In this document: piece after piece, positions 21,972 to 24,000 of the stretch | Layout: each line of letters opens with the position of its first letter | How positions within the stretch are numbered: the first letter of the stretch is position 1 | NCBI RefSeq assembly: GCF_016055185.1 | Contig: NZ_JAECVR010000001.1 | Location: 112,345 to 136,344, forward strand | Reading direction: 5' to 3' | Length of the DNA stretch: 24,000 nt | Source: Paenactinomyces guangxiensis | Lineage (GTDB): Bacteria > Bacillota > Bacilli > Thermoactinomycetales > Thermoactinomycetaceae | Made by a program: the position numbers and the translations under genes | Notes under the pieces: generated by a model | The model's input: the letters and a program-made list of their open reading frames with translations, nothing else | What the model was told of the DNA's origin: nothing | Databases searched by the model: none

Positions 21972-23104
21972 ATTTCCTCTCCTCCTTTCACTTCTGACCC
22001 AGAAAAGATACGGTCCGGCTGAAATGGCTGTAAGACAGCGGGTTCTTCACCCAGAACCAGCCGGCAGATAAGACTTCCGGTAATCGGGCTGAGCAAAATA
22101 CCGTTTCGCTGATGCCCGCTGGCAACCAGGAGATTTGAAATCGCAGAACATCTGCCCAGATAAGGGTTTCCATCCTGTGAACCGGGCCGGACACTGGACC
22201 AAATCCGATTGATCCGGCCTTCAGCGAGTCCCGGCACCGTCCTGATGGCCGCTTCTAGCAGTGTTTGAACCGCTTTGGCATCAACTCCCGGGCCCATCTG
22301 ATGAGGTTTCTCAGTGGCACCGACAATAACCTGGCCATCAGCTTTAGGGACAAGATAAACGCTTGAGGTAAAGATTGTTCGTCCAATCAATGGTTGCTGC
22401 AGCAGGATCGACAGGGACTCACCCTTAATCGGAAAAACCGGAAGTTCCAATTGCATCCATTGGGCAATCCATTGGCTCCAGGCTCCTGCTGCCAAAACGA
22501 CATATTCCGGGCTCCATTTCCCCTGTGTGGTGACAACTTCAGAGATTCGGCCATTTCTTTGTTTTACATCAACAACCTGGCAGCCTTCAATCAATGTGGC
22601 TCCCAGCTTTTTCGCTGCCAGGGCAAACGCACGGGTTAAGCGCGGCGCGGAAACCTGGTGATCTTCAGGCAAATAAAGCGCTCCTGCTGCCTGCGCAAAC
22701 AGATGGGGTTCCAGGCGCAAACATTCTTCCCGGCTTAACCAGTAAGAGGTCTGTCCCGAGCTTTTTTGCCAATTTCCCCTCATCTGTAAGTGCTCCGCTT
22801 CCTGCTCATCAACGGCTACTTTTAATAAGCCTGCGCGATTCAACTCTATGTCTAACCCCGTCACTTCCCGCAATTCTTCCTGTAAGCGCGGAAACATCAA
22901 ACGGCTGGATAAGCAGAGTTCCGTCAAAGGACCCGGCTCTGCCATTTCTGATTGAGCCCCCAGCATTCCGGCTGCGGCCGAGGAAGCATGTGCCCCGATT
23001 CGGTCACGTTCCAGGACAATACTTTTTACGCCCGCTTTAGCCAGGTAATAAGCGATGGAACATCCAATCACTCCGCCACCGATAATGAGTACATCTTTAT
23101 CCAC
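21968..23104 (-). CDS. thiO: Glycine oxidase ThiO (FAD-dependent)
   Basis: DVLIIGGGVIGCSIAYYLAKAG is the dinucleotide-binding motif. The protein is collinear with B. subtilis ThiO (SAAAGMLGA, GLRPG..DG.PY.G, GH.RNGILL.P.TG). GTG 23104 has AAGGAG 8 nt upstream. The longest ORF starts at GTG 23113. Confidence 0.85.
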   Translation of the reverse strand: MDKDVLIIGGGVIGCSIAYYLAKAGVKSIVLERDRIGAHASSAAAGMLGAQSEMAEPGPLTELCLSSRLMFPRLQEELREVTGLDIELNRAGLLKVAVDEQEAEHLQMRGNWQKSSGQTSYWLSREECLRLEPHLFAQAAGALYLPEDHQVSAPRLTRAFALAAKKLGATLIEGCQVVDVKQRNGRISEVVTTQGKWSPEYVVLAAGAWSQWIAQWMQLELPVFPIKGESLSILLQQPLIGRTIFTSSVYLVPKADGQVIVGATEKPHQMGPGVDAKAVQTLLEAAIRTVPGLAEGRINRIWSSVRPGSQDGNPYLGRCSAISNLLVASGHQRNGILLSPITGSLICRLVLGEEPAVLQPFQPDRIFSGSEVKGGEEM

Positions 23105-23699
23105 CTTCTCCACTCCTTTTTAACTGCTGTACGGCTTGTTCCGGAGACGGATGGCTGTAAACAGCTGAGATCACGGCGATCCCTGCACATCCTGCTCCCA
23201 TGACATCCGCCACCTGATCTGGTCCGATCCCCCCGACAGCGATCACCGGGATCTTCACGGCTGCTACAATTTTCTCCAGCCGTTTCAACCCCATCGGTGG
23301 AACGCCCGGTTTGGAACGGGAAGGGAAAATATGGCCGACCATGATATAATCCATTCCATCTGATTCCGCCCGAATGGCACTTTCCAACGAATGAACCGAC
23401 CGCCCCCGGCGGATATGTGCAACCACATGATTATCAATTTTCCAATCGGCTGTATCTTCCGGGAGATGAACTCCGCCGCATCGCAATTGTTCCGCCACCT
23501 CCATATGGCGATTGATGATGAGAGAAGAGCGGGGAATGAGATTGTGGGACAAAATCTTTTTTGCTATTTGAAAAACTTGATCTTGTGATTTTGATTTAAA
23601 TCTTAAGTGAAAATAATCGACCCATGGCACAAGTCCCGGCCACAGTCGGAGGAGGTCATCTGTTTGCTGGTTTTCTTCGGTGATCACATGCAGCTCCAC
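23097..23699 (-). CDS. tenI: TenI-like thiazole tautomerase (ThiE/TenI family)
   Basis: (V)ELHVITEE matches B. subtilis TenI MELHAITDD. Other matches are GRSVHSLESAIRAE, DYIMVGHIFPS, IPVIAVGGI and GIAVISAV. GTG 23699 has GGGAGGG 5 nt upstream. The track extension to 23765 runs into the riboswitch terminator. Confidence 0.75.
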   Translation of the reverse strand: MELHVITEENQQTDDLLRLWPGLVPWVDYFHLRFKSKSQDQVFQIAKKILSHNLIPRSSLIINRHMEVAEQLRCGGVHLPEDTADWKIDNHVVAHIRRGRSVHSLESAIRAESDGMDYIMVGHIFPSRSKPGVPPMGLKRLEKIVAAVKIPVIAVGGIGPDQVADVMGAGCAGIAVISAVYSHPSPEQAVQQLKRSGEGG

Positions 23700-23710
23700 C
23701 AGTTTCCCTC

Positions 23711-23870
23711 CCAAACAAAAACACCGACATCCAGGGGACATCGGCGTTTCGATTTCATCATTCAACCATTCCCCACATTCCTTCCGCTGGTATCATCCAG
23801 TTCAAGTTCAAAGGGTTGGAACAAAGTTCCTCTCAGCACCTTTGGTGCACCCCCAGTGGTCCGACAAGTA
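23711..23870 (-). promoter_or_regulatory. TPP (THI-box) riboswitch with intrinsic terminator expression platform
   Basis: The minus-strand aptamer (23870-23771) reads ACCACUGGGGGUGC...GCUGAGAGG...AACCCUUUGAACUUGAACUGGAUGAUACCAGCGGAAGGAAUGUGGGG. This contains the conserved CUGAGA and ACCUGAUCUGGAUAAUGCCAGCG-like cores. The terminator at 23749-23721 (GCCGAUGUCC-CCU-GGAUGUCGGU, with G-U pairs) is followed by UUUUUGUUUGG. Confidence 0.9.
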
Positions 23871-23886
23871 TGTAATTGTCTATTTT

Positions 23887-23916
23887 ATTGTAGCAAGCTT
23901 GTTTCTGATCCGTCAA
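23887..23916 (-). promoter_or_regulatory. Sigma-A promoter of the thi operon
   Basis: On the minus strand the -35 is TTGACG (23916-23911), followed by an 18-nt spacer ending in TGc and the -10 TACAAT (23892-23887). The riboswitch P1 helix begins about 17 nt downstream. Confidence 0.6.
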
Positions 23917-24000
23917 CCAACTCGTCTTCTCATCTTGGGAGCAGCCCATCCCTCAGCAAACATGATCGTCTAGGGTACAGCTTCAATGGTAACATCTCCA

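Noticed and set aside
23680-23973. A 97-aa plus-strand ORF across the thi leader.
   Set aside because: It lies antisense to the TPP riboswitch, its terminator and the thi promoter. It is not a plausible coding region.
23930-24000. A possible 3' end of an upstream minus-strand gene at the right window edge (open frame ending in TGA at 23930-23932). There is a similar possible plus-strand gene end at 1-27.
   Set aside because: Only about 23 and 8 codons are visible, which is too short to support any call.
1-24000. A scan for CRISPR repeats, IS elements, integrases, toxin-antitoxin pairs, and defence-system ATPases or nucleases.
   Set aside because: I saw no regularly spaced direct repeats and no transposase, integrase or recombinase-like ORFs. 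I also saw no large ATPase, helicase or nuclease ORFs of defence type. The only nuclease-like hint is the short degenerate CoiA-like ORF at 936-1538.

Overview
This window looks like the chromosome of an endospore-forming Firmicute of Bacillales type. The evidence is gpsB, a YlaJ/YhcN-type spore lipoprotein, a tenI-thiO-thiS-thiG operon behind a terminator-type TPP riboswitch, AGGAGG-type RBSs and sigma-A-like promoters. I can support about 29 protein-coding genes or gene remnants, one tRNA-Gly(CCC), one riboswitch and about a dozen intrinsic terminators. I saw no rRNA, CRISPR array, transposase or integrase.

The standout is a compact, terminator-bounded eight-gene minus-strand operon at 2115-9594. 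It contains homologs of all eight genes of the uncharacterised E. coli yhf cluster, in the order yhfZ, yhfY, yhfU, yhfT, php, yhfS, yhfX, yhfW. The products are an HTH regulator, a stand-alone PRD protein, a DUF2620 protein, a polytopic membrane protein, the phosphotriesterase-homology protein, two PLP enzymes and a phosphopentomutase-like mutase. To my knowledge no substrate or pathway has been assigned to this system. Here the catalytic motifs look intact, and a predicted promoter is flanked by two perfect palindromes.

The rest of the window is housekeeping: msrA, a beta-carbonic anhydrase, gpsB, two divergent SEDS genes, a YugP-type Zn peptidase and an orphan OppA-like lipoprotein. It also holds several signs of local decay or oddity:
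- a 3'-truncated HAD hydrolase next to an AT-rich spacer and a degenerate CoiA-like ORF
- an O-methyltransferase with an apparent +1 frameshift
- an XRE-type regulator remnant abutting the stand-alone tRNA
- a PBP4/DacB-type peptidase that cannot encode a signal peptide

All family assignments come from motif reading and remembered reference sequences. No search or alignment was run.
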